From the NCBI RefSeq assembly GCF_009914755.1, contig NC_060927.1: a stretch of DNA of 64,000 bases. One strand, written 5' to 3'. Positions 28,065 to 39,644 of the stretch are shown piece after piece. The translations under genes and the position numbers were made by a program. This DNA comes from the human T2T-CHM13v2.0 reference genome, Homo sapiens. The notes beneath the pieces were generated by a model. The model saw only the letters and a list, made by a program, of their open reading frames with translations. It was not told the DNA's origin and made no database searches. How positions within the stretch are numbered: the stretch's first letter is position 1; every line of letters begins with the position of its first letter.

Positions 28065-30200
28065 TTAATATTTATATTTTAGTGCAGTTTTAGGTTTATA
28101 GAAAAATTGAGCAGAAAGCACAGAAGGATCCTATATAATATACCACCCTGGCCCTCTGGCAATTTTCCTTATTGTTAACATCTTGGATTAGTATGGTGAA
28201 TTTGTTATAGTTGATAAACCTATATTGATGAATTATTATTAACTAAAGTCCATAGTTTACATTAGGGCTCACTGTGTTATTTAGTTCTATGGGTTTTGAC
28301 AAATGTATATCTTGTATTTACCATCACAGTTTCATACAGAGTAGTTTCACAGCCCTAAAATTCCCCTTTTGTTCCACTTTTTCATCTCTCTTCCCCCTTC
28401 TAAAGCCCTGACAACCACTAACCTTTTTATTGTCTCCATAGTTTTGCCTTTTCCAGAATGTTGTATACAGTTAAGTCCTCACCTAATGTTGTCAAGAGGC
28501 TCTTGGAAACTGTGACTTTAAGCAAAATGACCTATACCAAAACCAGTTTTACCATAGGGTAATTGATATTTACAAGAGTTAAGTTCCTAAGGCATATTTC
28601 TGGTCACAAAAAAAAAAAATCACTAAACTTCTAAATAAAGACTCCAAACACTTCTAATATTAAATATAGAAATAAATGTGAGCTACACATACACTTAAGA
28701 CAGAGTAATAAAAACAAGTAAGATAATTATTTATCCAATTTTTGGTGAATCAATGAGTGATGGCAGTCATAGTGGTCATGGGCTAAATTAAATAATTTTG
28801 CAAAGCAAAAATTGTAAGGAGCACCTCCTGTCATCACACAGTTCAAAAACAAACAACAGCAAAAATGACAGCTCGCTGAGAGCTTTTGTCTTGAATCATT
28901 TATTGTTGTGCATTTGTGTAATTATTGTATACTTTACAAATTTTTATTTTACAATAATTTGCATTCATTCATTCATTCATTCATTCATTCATTTACTTTC
29001 CAGCCCACTCATTCCAGTTCAGGGTTGCAGGTAGCCAGGACCTATCCCAGCAGCTCAGGGCACAAGGCAGGAGCCCATGCTGGACAGAACTCTATCTCAT
29101 TGCAGGGCACACTCACACTCATACCCATACTCACTCAGATTGGGACCATTTAGACACAACATTTCACCTAATGCGCATGTCTTTGGAATGTGAGGGGAAA
29201 CGAGAGTACATGGAGAAAAGCCACTCAGACATGGGGAAGCCTTGCAAACTCCACATGGACAGTGGCCTAGGCCAGGAATCAATTTTTTTTTCTCATCAAC
29301 ATTGTAGCCAAACGTCTTTGAATGAAATGATGTAATTAGAGGACCTGCTGTAATTGGAATCATATCGTATGTCATTCTTTTAGATTGGCTTCTTTCACTT
29401 AGCAATGTACGTTTAAGATTCTTCCATATATTTGCATGGCTTGTTAGCTCATTTCTTTTTATCACTGAGTAATATATTATTGTGTGGATGTACCACAATT
29501 TGTTTATCCATTCACCTATTCAAGGATATTTCCATTGATTCCAAGTTTTGGCAATTATAAATAAAGTTACTATAAACATTTGTGTGCAGGTTTTTTGTAG
29601 GAACATAAGTTTTCAACTCACTTGGGTAAATATCAAGGCGTGCTATTGCTGGATTGTGTGGTAAGAGTATATTTACCTTTGTAAGAAATTCTAAACTGTT
29701 TACCAAAATTGCTGCACCATTTTGCATTACCACTAGCAATGAACGAGTTTCTGTTGCTCTACATTCTTGCTACCATTTGGTGTTGTCAGTGTTTTGGATT
29801 TTAGCCATTCTAATAGGTATGTAGTGGTATCTCATTGTTGTTTTAATTTGTATTTCCCTGATAACATAGACTGCTGAGAATCTTTTCATATGCTTATTTG
29901 CCATCTGCATATATTCTTTGGTGAGATGTCTGTTCAGATTGTTTGTCCATTTTTCAATTGAGTTGCTTTTTATTGTTGAATTTGAGTCCTTTGTACATTT
30001 TGAACACAAGTCCTGTATCAGATATGTGTTTTGCAAATATTTTCTCCCAGTCTGTGGCTTGTTTTTTCATTGTTTTAACAGCATCTTTCACAGAGAAGAG
30101 AATTTTATATTTTAATGAAGTCCTACCTATCAATTTTTTTATGGATTCTACTTTTGTTGTTATATCTAAAAGTCATTGCATACAGAAGATTGAGTAGATT
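28065..30200 (-). mobile_element. L1MC-type 3' region (ORF2 end and 3'UTR), split by MER6
   Basis: Reverse ORFs give ORF2-like peptides (MANKHMKRFS...IREIQIKTTMRYHYIPIRMAKI; MWYIHT...); L1 sequence is colinear across the MER6 insertion. Confidence 0.9.
28468..29350 (-). mobile_element. Full-length MER6 (TcMar-Tigger MITE)
   Basis: Inverted ends cagttaagtcctc ... gaggacctgctg with TA on both sides (28466-67, 29351-52); internal (CATT)n and V-SINE-like core tgcaaactccaca. Confidence 0.9.
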
Positions 30201-30216
30201 TTTGCCTGTTATCATA

Positions 30217-30504
30217 ATTTTTATTTTATTTTAGTTTTTATAGATACAGGGTCTCAGTCTGTTGCCAAGATTGCAGTGTAGAGGTGCCTCCAACTTCTGG
30301 GCACAAGCAATCCTCTCGCCTCAGTCTCTCAAGTAGCTGGGACTAGAGGCTTGTGCCATCACACCTGGCTAATTAAAAATTTTTTTTGTAGAGATAGGGT
30401 CTCAATATGTTGCCTAGGCTGGTCTTAAACTCCAGGCTTCATGCAATGCTCCTGCCTTGGCCTCCTGAAATGGGAGTATAGGTGTGAGCCACCATGTCCA
30501 GTCC
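30217..30504 (-). mobile_element. AluJ
   Basis: Reverse Alu with a short internal deletion; degenerate TSD ttgcct(at)gttat. Confidence 0.9.
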
Positions 30505-30547
30505 TTGCCTATGTTATTTTTTAGCAGTTAAAAAAAAAAAAGAAATT

Positions 30548-30700
30548 GGCTGGGCAGGGTGGCTCATGCCTGTAATCCCAGCACTTTGGGAGGTTGAGGT
30601 GGGAGAATTACTTGAGCCCAGGAGTTCAAGAACAGCCTGGGCAACATGGCGAGACTCCATCTCTAAAAAACAAACAAACAAACAAACAAAAACACAAAAG
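30548..30700 (+). mobile_element. Alu monomer (FLAM_C or AluJ left arm)
   Basis: ggctgggcagggtggctcatgcctgtaatccc...gagactccatctct followed by a (CAAA)n tail. Confidence 0.88.
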
Positions 30701-30709
30701 AGCTTCTAA

Positions 30710-31020
30710 TTATGTATTTATTTTAATTTTCAATTTTTGTGGGTGCACAGTAGGTGTATATATTTATAGGATACATGAGATATTTTCATATAGGCATACA
30801 CTGCATAATAATCACATTGGGGTAAGTAAGGTCTCCATCAACTTAAGCATTTATCTTTTTTTTGTATTACAAACAATTCAATTATACTTTTAATTATTTT
30901 AAAATGTACAATAAATTATTGTTGGCTGCTTTCACCCTCTTGCACTATCAAATACCAGATCTTATTTATTTTATCTAACTATATTTTGTACCTATTAACC
31001 ATCCCCACTTCCTCCCACCC
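30710..31020 (-). mobile_element. L1MA 3' end
   Basis: tttttgtgggtgcacagtaggtgtatatatttat...aaaatgtacaataaattattgttg...tgtacctattaaccatcccc. Confidence 0.85.
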
Positions 31021-31501
31021 AGTTTGTATAGCTTGTGTTTTACATTTAGATCTATTTTCTATTATATTCCTTAATGTTTTTATGAAGTAGTAAGGCATTA
31101 TGTTTTTAGGATCCATCTGTTTTCCTATGTATCCATTTAATCTGTGGTTTAATTGTTGTATAGACCTCCATAGTGTGCATCTGCAAGTTCATCTGTCCAC
31201 TTTCCCTGTGACAGGCCACTAATTTGCCTCCAACTTCTTGTCACCACAAATAATGCTAAAGCAAATATCTTCATACATGTTCCCTCATGGATCTATATGA
31301 AAATTCTTTAGATTCATGCTCAAGATTGGAATTACCGAATTATGGAGCATACTTAATCAAATCAAGAAGTGGCAGGGTGCTTGCCAGCATGGCTGCACCA
31401 TTCTGCACTCTTGTGTTATCTAGCTTTCTGATTTTTGCCAGTCTAATAGCTGTAAAAGATCCCACTGTTACTTAAATTTGTATTTCTCAAATAATCATTG
31501 A

Positions 31502-31813
<312 letters not shown>

Positions 31814-32394
31814 TGATTTATTATATTTTAAATTCTGATATAAGAGGCCACTGCAATAATAAGGTAATTTTTTTATTTCTAAAAAGTGAATACAAGTTAA
31901 CCTGTAATTATCTGAATTAATAAATGTTTTCAGAAATTAAAATAACTTAAACAGTCCCTTCTTGTCTAAGAAGTAAAATGATGAAAAACAAAAACCCCAG
32001 ATTTACTTTATGAATAAATATAAAGAGAAGGACTTTCAATCAATGTGAGGCCCTTGAAACTGAACTCAACCTGATAATTAAGGGAGTCTAGTTGATGTGG
32101 AATTTCAAAGTAATATTTGAATGAGAGGTAATTTTTAAACAAATAAATTTCCAGGTCATATAGTGGTTAGATAGTTGACTTTTGAACATCAGCTGTCTTG
32201 GAAATGAAGAATAAGACTGTGCTGCATGTTAGGAAGCCTCTTGACTCACAATAAATAAGTGTTTTTCTGTGAATGGAAGCAAAGAGATGTCCTGGAATAT
32301 GGAAACAGATACCATAGGACTCCAAATTCTGTAAAACAAATAGGAGTGGAATCACTTCGAATTTTCTTTTCCTTCTGATATTGCTTGGTTTATT

Positions 32395-32875
32395 TTGCTT
32401 AATCAACAAACGTTTATTTCTTATGGTTTGGGAGGCTGGGAAGTCCAATATCAAAGCACTGGCAGACTCTGTGTCTGGTGAGGATCTGCTTCCTAATTCA
32501 AAGAATGGTATCTTCTCACTGTGTCCTGTCATGGTGGAGGGCAAAGCTAGCTCTCTATGGACTCGTATCAGGAAACTAGCCCCAATTACGAGGCCTCCAT
32601 CTTCATGATGTCATCTAATCCTACCAATCAGCAGAGACATGGCCTCCAAACACCATCACATTAAGTGGTAGGGTTTCAACATATGAATTTGGGGGGACAT
32701 ACACTCAGCCAAAACCTCTGGCCCCCCCACATCCATGTCCTCACATGTAAGATATATTCATCCCATCCCCAAAACCTCAAAAGTCTTAACTAATTCCAGC
32801 ATGAACTCTAATGTTTAAACTCAAATTCCAAAGTGTTGTTTCAATATCATGTAAGTCAGGTATGGGTGAGATTTT
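32395..32875 (-). mobile_element. MaLR LTR (MLT1A-like) plus adjoining internal sequence
   Basis: gaggctgggaagtccaatatcaa...ggtttcaacatatgaatttggggggaca, then internal-type catccatgtcctcacatg...caaaagtcttaac. Confidence 0.8.
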
Positions 32876-34209
32876 CCTTCTGAAAATCTCAGTTTTAAAA
32901 CTCTTGACTTGTCTTCAAAGTAAAAAAAGAAAAGAGTTTATTACAAATATCATAGCAAGGTTACAAGTTCTTTGATTTTACACTTGTGAGAACTAGTTTC
33001 AAAGTAAGTTCTCAATTCAATTCTTTGAATTAAATTGAAAAAGAAAACTGCGCCGGAGAGAAAGGGTCAACATCTAAAGAGAGAAGCTAGAAATTGTTCT
33101 AATGGTGACTGTCATGTGAGGGTGTCATAAGACCCTAAGATATCTATAGTAAAAAGAAATTTCCATCTCTGTCAGTGAGGCTACAGGAAAACAGGCACCT
33201 TCTACACTTCTGGGAAACATTGGTATAACTCCTCTGAGAGGCATTTTGGCAATATCTGTGAAATTTTCATATGCATCTACACTCAGATCCATGGATCTAT
33301 GGAAATCCTGTTCAGGTTGGACTCAATCTGGAAGCTATTTCTTCCCAAAAGGAACTGAATACAAATCTCACTGAAAGCCTCAGTATGGGAGAACACAGAA
33401 GTACTGATAGACAAAGAGCTGTGAATGTGGAAAACAGTGCTGATCTCAAGGCATAAGAAGCTGGTTGCAGGTTCAGCACAATGTATTCAAGAAAAGCTAA
33501 ACCTATGAACCAGGGAGATGTCTTGCTAAAACTCTGAACTTTTGAGCAACTGTAGATGGCGATTTTGAGAATTCTTTTAAATGAGTTGTAAGAAAGCAGT
33601 CATTGTTGGGCAAACTGATATGTGACAAGAAAAGAGGGTGTTACTTTGAGGAGGGTCAGTAAAGCCTGGATAATCTAGGAAGTGAAATCCAGTTAAGAAC
33701 AGAAACATTTCCTAAGAATTACCTAAGAATTTCCACCACTTCTTTTGCGAAGAGACAATGGAATATGACACCAGAATGCCTCTGCGCAGTGTTTGTTGTA
33801 GTATTAGGTGTGGGTATAATTCGTGAACTGCTTGGGTTTTCTTTTATACTATGGTTCGGCCAGTTTCAATTGGTCCTTGAATTGTTTTTATAAAGCCCCA
33901 ACCGAAGAACTCCTCCAATATTGTTATAGATAACAATCAGTGCTGAGTGGACCCACATTGACAGTTGCAGTCAGTTGCCCAGGTGGACTGTGGCCCTGGC
34001 AGCATGGCGCCTGGGTGTTCTGTCTGGGGTGCTACTTGTTACAATGGCACTGGACAAGAAATGATGTCCATCATGGTGACTGGCCCCACGAGAAAAGAGC
34101 ACTTTATGTTTAGTACATTCTGTTCCAGAAAGTAAGGAAGTATGTAATTTATTATAGAAATAGTGACATATAATGAGTACTTTTTAAGAAAAGTTCCAGT
34201 GCTCTAAAG

Positions 34210-34335
34210 CAGTGGTTCTCTAACATTACTGTAATCTTAATCACTTGGAGTGCTATTAAAACAGATTGCTGGGTTCCATCCAGACTTTCTGATTCAGTAG
34301 GTCTGGAGTGGGGACCGGAGAAGTTGCATGCTTCC
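34210..34335. mobile_element. MER5 hAT relic
   Basis: cagtggttctc...cagattgctggg...ttctgattcagtaggtctgg. Confidence 0.75.
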
Positions 34336-35297
34336 ATTATCTGGAACATCATGTGGTAAGTTTCTTATTTTTCATGATTCTGAACACTTAAGATATATTG
34401 CTAAAAAGCTGGAAGCATTCCCCTTGAAAACCAGCACAAGACAAGGACGCCCTTTCTCACCACTCCTATTCAACATAGTGTTGGAAGTTCTGGCCAGGGC
34501 AATCAGGGAAGAGAAATAAAGAGTATTCAAATAGGAAGAGAAGTCAAACTGTCTCTGTTTGCAGATGACATGATCCTATATCTAGAAAACCCCATCATCT
34601 CAGCCCAAAAGCTCCTTAAACTGATAAAAAACTTCAGCATAGTCTCAGGATAAAAATTCAATGCGCAAAAATCACAAGCATTCCTATACACCAACAACAG
34701 ACAATCAGAGAGCCAAATCATGAATGAACTCCCATTCACAGTTGCTACAAAGAATAAAATACCTAGGAACACAGCTAACAATGGAAGTGAAGGACCTCTT
34801 TAAGGAGAACTATAAACCACTGCTCAAGGAAATTGGAGAGGACACAAACAAATGGAAAAACATTCCATGCATATGGATAGGAAGAATCAATATCGTGAAA
34901 ATGGCCATACTGTCCAAAGTAATTTATAGATTCAATCCTATTCCCATTAAACTACCATTGACAGGAACTTAAACAAATTTACAAGAAAAAAACAACCCCA
35001 TTAAAAAGTAAGCAAAAGACATAGACAGACACTTCTCAAAATAAGACATTTATGTGGCCAAGAAACATGTGAAAAAAAGCTCAATGTCACTGATTATTAA
35101 ATAAATGCAAATCAAAACCATAATGAGATACCATCTCACACCAGTCAGAATGGCGATTATTAAAAAGTCAAGAAACAACAGATGCTGGCGAGGCTGTGGA
35201 GAAATAGGAACACTTTTACACTGTTGATGGGACTGTAAACTAGTTAAACCATTGTGGAAGACAGTGCGATGATTCCTCAAAGACCTAGAACCAGAAA

Positions 35298-36027
35298 GGT
35301 AACCGCCCAATGGGTTCACCTTGCCCGCTGCCTAGACAGAGCCGATTTATCAAGACAGGGGAATTGCAGTGGAGAAAGAGTAATTCACACAGAGCCGTTG
35401 TGCAGGAGACTGGAATTTTATTATTACTCAAATCAGTCTCCCCAGGCATTCGGGGTCAGAGTTTTTAAAGACAATTTGGCGGACAGGGGCTTGGGAAGTG
35501 GGGAGTGCTGACTGCCTAGGTTGGAGATGGAATCATAGGGGGTCAAAGTGAGTTTTTCTTGCTGTGTTCTGTTTCTGGGTGGGATGGCAGAACTGGTTGA
35601 GCCAGATTACCGGTCTAGGTGGTCTCAGCTGATCCATCAAGTACAGGGTCTGAAAAATATCTCAAGCACTGATCTTAGGTTTTACAATGGTGATTTTCTC
35701 CCCAGAAGGAATCTGGGGAGGTTCAGACTCTTGGAGCCAGAGGTTGCATGACCCCTGAACTGTAATTTCTAATCCTGTAGCTAATTTGTTAGTCCTGCAA
35801 AGGCAGACTGGTCCTCAGGTGAGAAAGGGGTCTTTTTGGGAAAGGACTGTTATCCATTTTGTTTCAGAGTCAAACCATGAGCTGAATTCCTTCCCAAAGT
35901 TAGTTTGGTCTATGCCCAGGAATAAACAAGGACAGCTTAAAGGTTAGAAGCAAGATAGGAGTTGGTTAGGTCTGATTTCCTTCACTGGCATAATTTCCTC
36001 AACTATAATTTTGCAAAGGCGATTTCA
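35298..36027 (-). mobile_element. LTR8 (ERV1) solo LTR nested in L1PA
   Basis: gtaaccgcccaatgggttcaccttgcccgctgcctagacagagccgatttatcaagac ... tttgcaaaggcgatttca; 4-bp TSD gaaa (35294-97, 36028-31); L1 colinear across it. Confidence 0.9.
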
Positions 36028-36547
36028 GAAATACCATTAGATCCAGCTATCCCATTATTGGGTATAAACCCAAAGGAATATAAATAAATCATTCTATTAC
36101 AAAGATACGTGCATGTATATGTTCATTGCAGCACTATTTGCAATAGCAAAGACATGGAATCAACCCAAATGCCCATCAATGATAGGCTGGATAAAGAAAA
36201 TGTGGTACATATACAGCATGGAATGCTATGCAGCCATGAAAAGGAATGAGATCATGTCCTTTGCAGAGACATGGATGGAGCTCGAAGCTATTATCCTCAG
36301 CAAACTAACACAGGAACAGAAAACCAAACACCACATGTTCTCACTTAAAAGTGGGGGCTGAACAATGAGAACACATGGACACAGGGAGGGGAACAACACA
36401 CACTGGGGTCTGTTGTGGGGGCACAGGGGTAGGGAGAGCATCAGAATAAATAGTTAATACCTAGGCAATGGGGCTTAATATCTAGGTGATGGGTTGAAAG
36501 ATGCAGCAAACCACCATGGCACATGTTTACCTATGTAAGAAACCTGC

Positions 36548-36674
36548 ATATGGGGGCCCCAGGCTTCAGACCCTTCACAGAATCCTTAGGGTGTCTGCTT
36601 CAGAGAGTGTCTTCGTAGCTCCTGGCATCCTCATTTTCCCTCCTGATGTCAGCTATGTGGTTCCCCCTGCCCTG
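36548..36674 (+). repeat. 127-bp copy of 38925-39051 inserted in the L1 3'UTR
   Basis: Ungapped alignment, about 12 mismatches by eye. Confidence 0.95.
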
Positions 36675-36729
36675 CACATATATCCTGGAACTTTAAATTA
36701 AAATAAAAAATAAAACAATAAAAATTTTA

Positions 36730-37240
36730 AAAAATGACCTGAATAGACATTTCTATATGAAGACATACAGATATGTGAAAAATATGCTCAAAATCACTAA
36801 TCATTAGAGAAACCACAATGAAATATCACCTCACACCTGTAACAATGGCTACTGTCAAAAAGATGAAAGATAACAAGTGTTGGCAAGAATGTGGAGAAAA
36901 GGGAACCCCTGTACTCTGTTGGTGAGAATGTAAATTAGTACAGCCATTATAAAAAACTGAATGGAGGCTACTTGAAACACTCAAAACGGAATTACCATAT
37001 GATCCAGCAACCTCACTTCCGAGTATTTACCCCCCAAATTTAAAGTCAGTTTGTCAAAGAAATATCTGCACTCTCATGTTCATTGTAGCATTATTCATTT
37101 GGCTGGAATTAGAGAACATTATGCTAAGTGAGATAAGCCAGGCACAGAAAGATAACTATCTCATGTTCTTACTTTACGTGGCATCTAAAACAACTGAACT
37201 CATAGAAGTGACAATAAAATGGTAGTTACCAGAGTCTGGG
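36730..37240 (+). mobile_element. L1MA-type ORF2 end and 3'UTR fragment
   Basis: ctgaatagacatttc...aacaagtgttggcaagaatgtggagaaa...gctaagtgagataagccaggcacagaaaga...ggtagttaccagag. Confidence 0.85.
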
Positions 37241-37387
37241 GCAACCACCCTTCTACATTCTGACTCTTATAAATTTGACTACTCTAGATACTTCATGTAA
37301 GTGAGATAGTACAGTATTTGCCTTTTTTTGTGATTGGCTTATTTCACTTAGTTTAATGTCCTCCAGGTTCATCCACGTTGTAGCATG
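37241..37387 (-). mobile_element. L1MB-type 3'UTR fragment (inverted)
   Basis: gcaaccacccttctac...aatttgactactctagatac...ggcttatttcacttag...ggttcatccacgttgtagcatg. Confidence 0.82.
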
Positions 37388-37454
37388 AAAGAAACACCTA
37401 TTTACTATCTCACAGTTTTCTGTAGGTCAGAAGTGCAGACACAGTGCAGCTGGT

Positions 37455-37575
37455 ATGGGATAGTGGAGGAGATTGTGCATGTGTCAGGGAAATGGGTATT
37501 TGAGAGCTCCCTGTACTGTCCGCTCAATTTTGCCGTGAACCTAAAACTGGCATTAAAAAAAACTATTAAAAAAGA
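37455..37575 (+). mobile_element. L1MC-type extreme 3' end with A-rich tail
   Basis: ctgtactgtccgctcaattttgccgtgaacctaaaactg followed by an A-rich run. Confidence 0.78.
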
Positions 37576-38924
37576 AAGATGTATTGCTAAGTGACATGGG
37601 AAGCAGGGTGCTCATTACAACCGATCCTGCTTCCTTTCCTGCACCCAAGGCTCCCAGGACCGCTCTGCTGTGCTTCCTTCATCCTTCCAGCAGCACCTAC
37701 ATCCAAATTGGAATCTAAAGTGGGAGTTACCTCTTGACTTTCACTCTTCTCTTTCTTAATTATTTTCTTCCCTTTCTTTCATTTCTTGGCACTAATACAT
37801 GTAAAGCAATTGTGAATAATACATGACAATAGAATTGAGCAATTAGGTTTTAGGTGTTCACAGAAAGGAACAATTAGGAAAGACCCATGGTGGAATTAAA
37901 CTATAAGCTTGACCTTGATAGAAGGATGACATTTTACTCATCAGACGGAAGACAGCATACATGTCAGACCCAGGCAGCATCTTGGGCAAAGGCCCAGAGG
38001 CGGGACACTGGAGAGGCAGGCCTGAAAAGAGAGGTAGTGGAGAGTACTAAGATGGAAGTTTGAACAGGAAGTATGTGGCTGGAGAGCCAGGCAGCGTTCA
38101 GAGTTGACTTAGTAAGACATGGAAAGGTGTGGAAGGTTTTATGGTGATTAAAGGCCTGTTTCAAGCAGATTAGTTAGGAGATGGAGTGACAGGGTGGCTT
38201 GACAGTGGAGACTACCTAGCAGGCTGTTCTGGAAATTCAACCTGTATGAGCCAGCACTGGTCTCCTTCTTAACCACCTGAAATGTGTCTGATCCATGACA
38301 TCCCTAGATATGATTTCCTCAGTGTGTCTGGGTAAGCTGGGCCACATTATGTTCTGCTCATTTTCTTAAAGTTTCTAAACTTTCTAAAAATCACTTTCAC
38401 TTGCAGTATTTCATGTCATTCATTGTTCAAACTGGTACACATATATGTATCTCAAATACATATATGTATCTTATCCTTTTAAGCTCAAAATTTTACTTTC
38501 CATTTCACAAAATTGGTTATTACTTCTGAATTAGCCTTTAATTTCCTTATACCACCTCACTTTCTCATCTCTCCAAGCTTTTGTTTTTCCTGCCTCAATA
38601 ACTTTTCTCCTCATTTAATTATCTAAACGTATACTATCTTTACATTCTTTTTCTACCTGGCTTAGTTTAGAGGTAAGCGTTTCTGTTGCCTGATCATCAA
38701 ACTCACTAAAATATACAGTGACAGATGGTTTTTTTCTTCCCAATGTTGTTTCCACTTAATTTATGTCATCTATGATTCATAGATCATCTCAGAATAAAAG
38801 CAGGATATTTTCCTCATTCGAATAAGAGAATTCAAGCATTGTCCTTTATGTTATATGACTAACCCACATTTCCCTGGGCCATCGTGACAAAACAGCAATG
38901 TGTGGCTCAGTCTTTATTAGTAAA

Positions 38925-39051
38925 ATATGGGGACCCCAGGCCTCAGACCCTTCACAGAACTCTTAGGGTATCTGCTTCAGAGGGTGTCTTCCTAGCTCCT
39001 GGCATCCTCATTTTCTCTCCTGATATCAGCCATGTGATTCCCTCTGCCCTG
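38925..39051 (+). repeat. Donor copy of the 127-bp local duplication
   Basis: About 90% identical to 36548-36674. Confidence 0.95.
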
Positions 39052-39644
39052 ACATCCCCCTGCACACCCAACAGTGGCACATGCATGGCTGCTTCTTAAT
39101 TGCGTTCTCAATGGCTTTCTTGCCACCCTTCTCTCCCAGCTTGCCCTCTTCCTGAGCCCTAAAGCACATGTTACTTGTGCTCTGGTTTACAGGGGCTCTG
39201 TTCTTTATTGCCCCTTTCCAGGAAGAAAGCACGAGTCCCAAAGCTGGGCTGAGCGGCAGTCATAGGGACACCTCACTGTGCTGCCTCACCACGTTGCCTC
39301 ACGGACCAGAGGAATGTATACTTTGGGTACATTCTTCCAATGCACTTAGATTAAGCATGTGCACCTTAACTCTCATCTCAGAGAACAAACAGAATCATGA
39401 ATTACTTTGAGTGATTCAGATAGCTTATTCCATAAGCTTTGGACATTTTTAGATAGTTTCTACTATCTAACCCTATCTTTGAGAAATTTGAAAACATTTT
39501 CCCAACGTTCCTATTTCTTACACCCTCCCTAGATGCTATACTTATGGTCTCAATGTGTCCATGAATGTGAATCAAAACCACGAGCTCTGTCAGCTCCCAA
39601 ATACCATCAAAATATCCAAATGTCCAATGTACAAATATTAGCTC

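Larger units (their letters stand above)
34405..36720 (+). mobile_element. 5'-truncated L1PA (older subfamily) with an internal deletion, an LTR8 insertion and a templated insert
   Basis: ORF2 RT peptides ([33 protein letters not shown]; tttgcagatgac = FADD; [20 protein letters not shown]); C-terminal WIKKMWYIY; 3'UTR and A-rich tail; deletion junction near 34962. Confidence 0.95.

Noticed and set aside
28961-28993. (CATT)n array as an independent repeat or CRISPR-like array
   Set aside because: It is a simple microsatellite intrinsic to MER6; there are no spacers, and the context is eukaryotic
36501-39099. Two similar ORFs (…QTLHRILRVSASESVF… and …QTLHRTLRVSASEGVF…) as a paralogous peptide pair
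   Set aside because: The similarity is fully explained by the 127-bp DNA duplication; the flanks are unrelated and there is no sign of coding constraint
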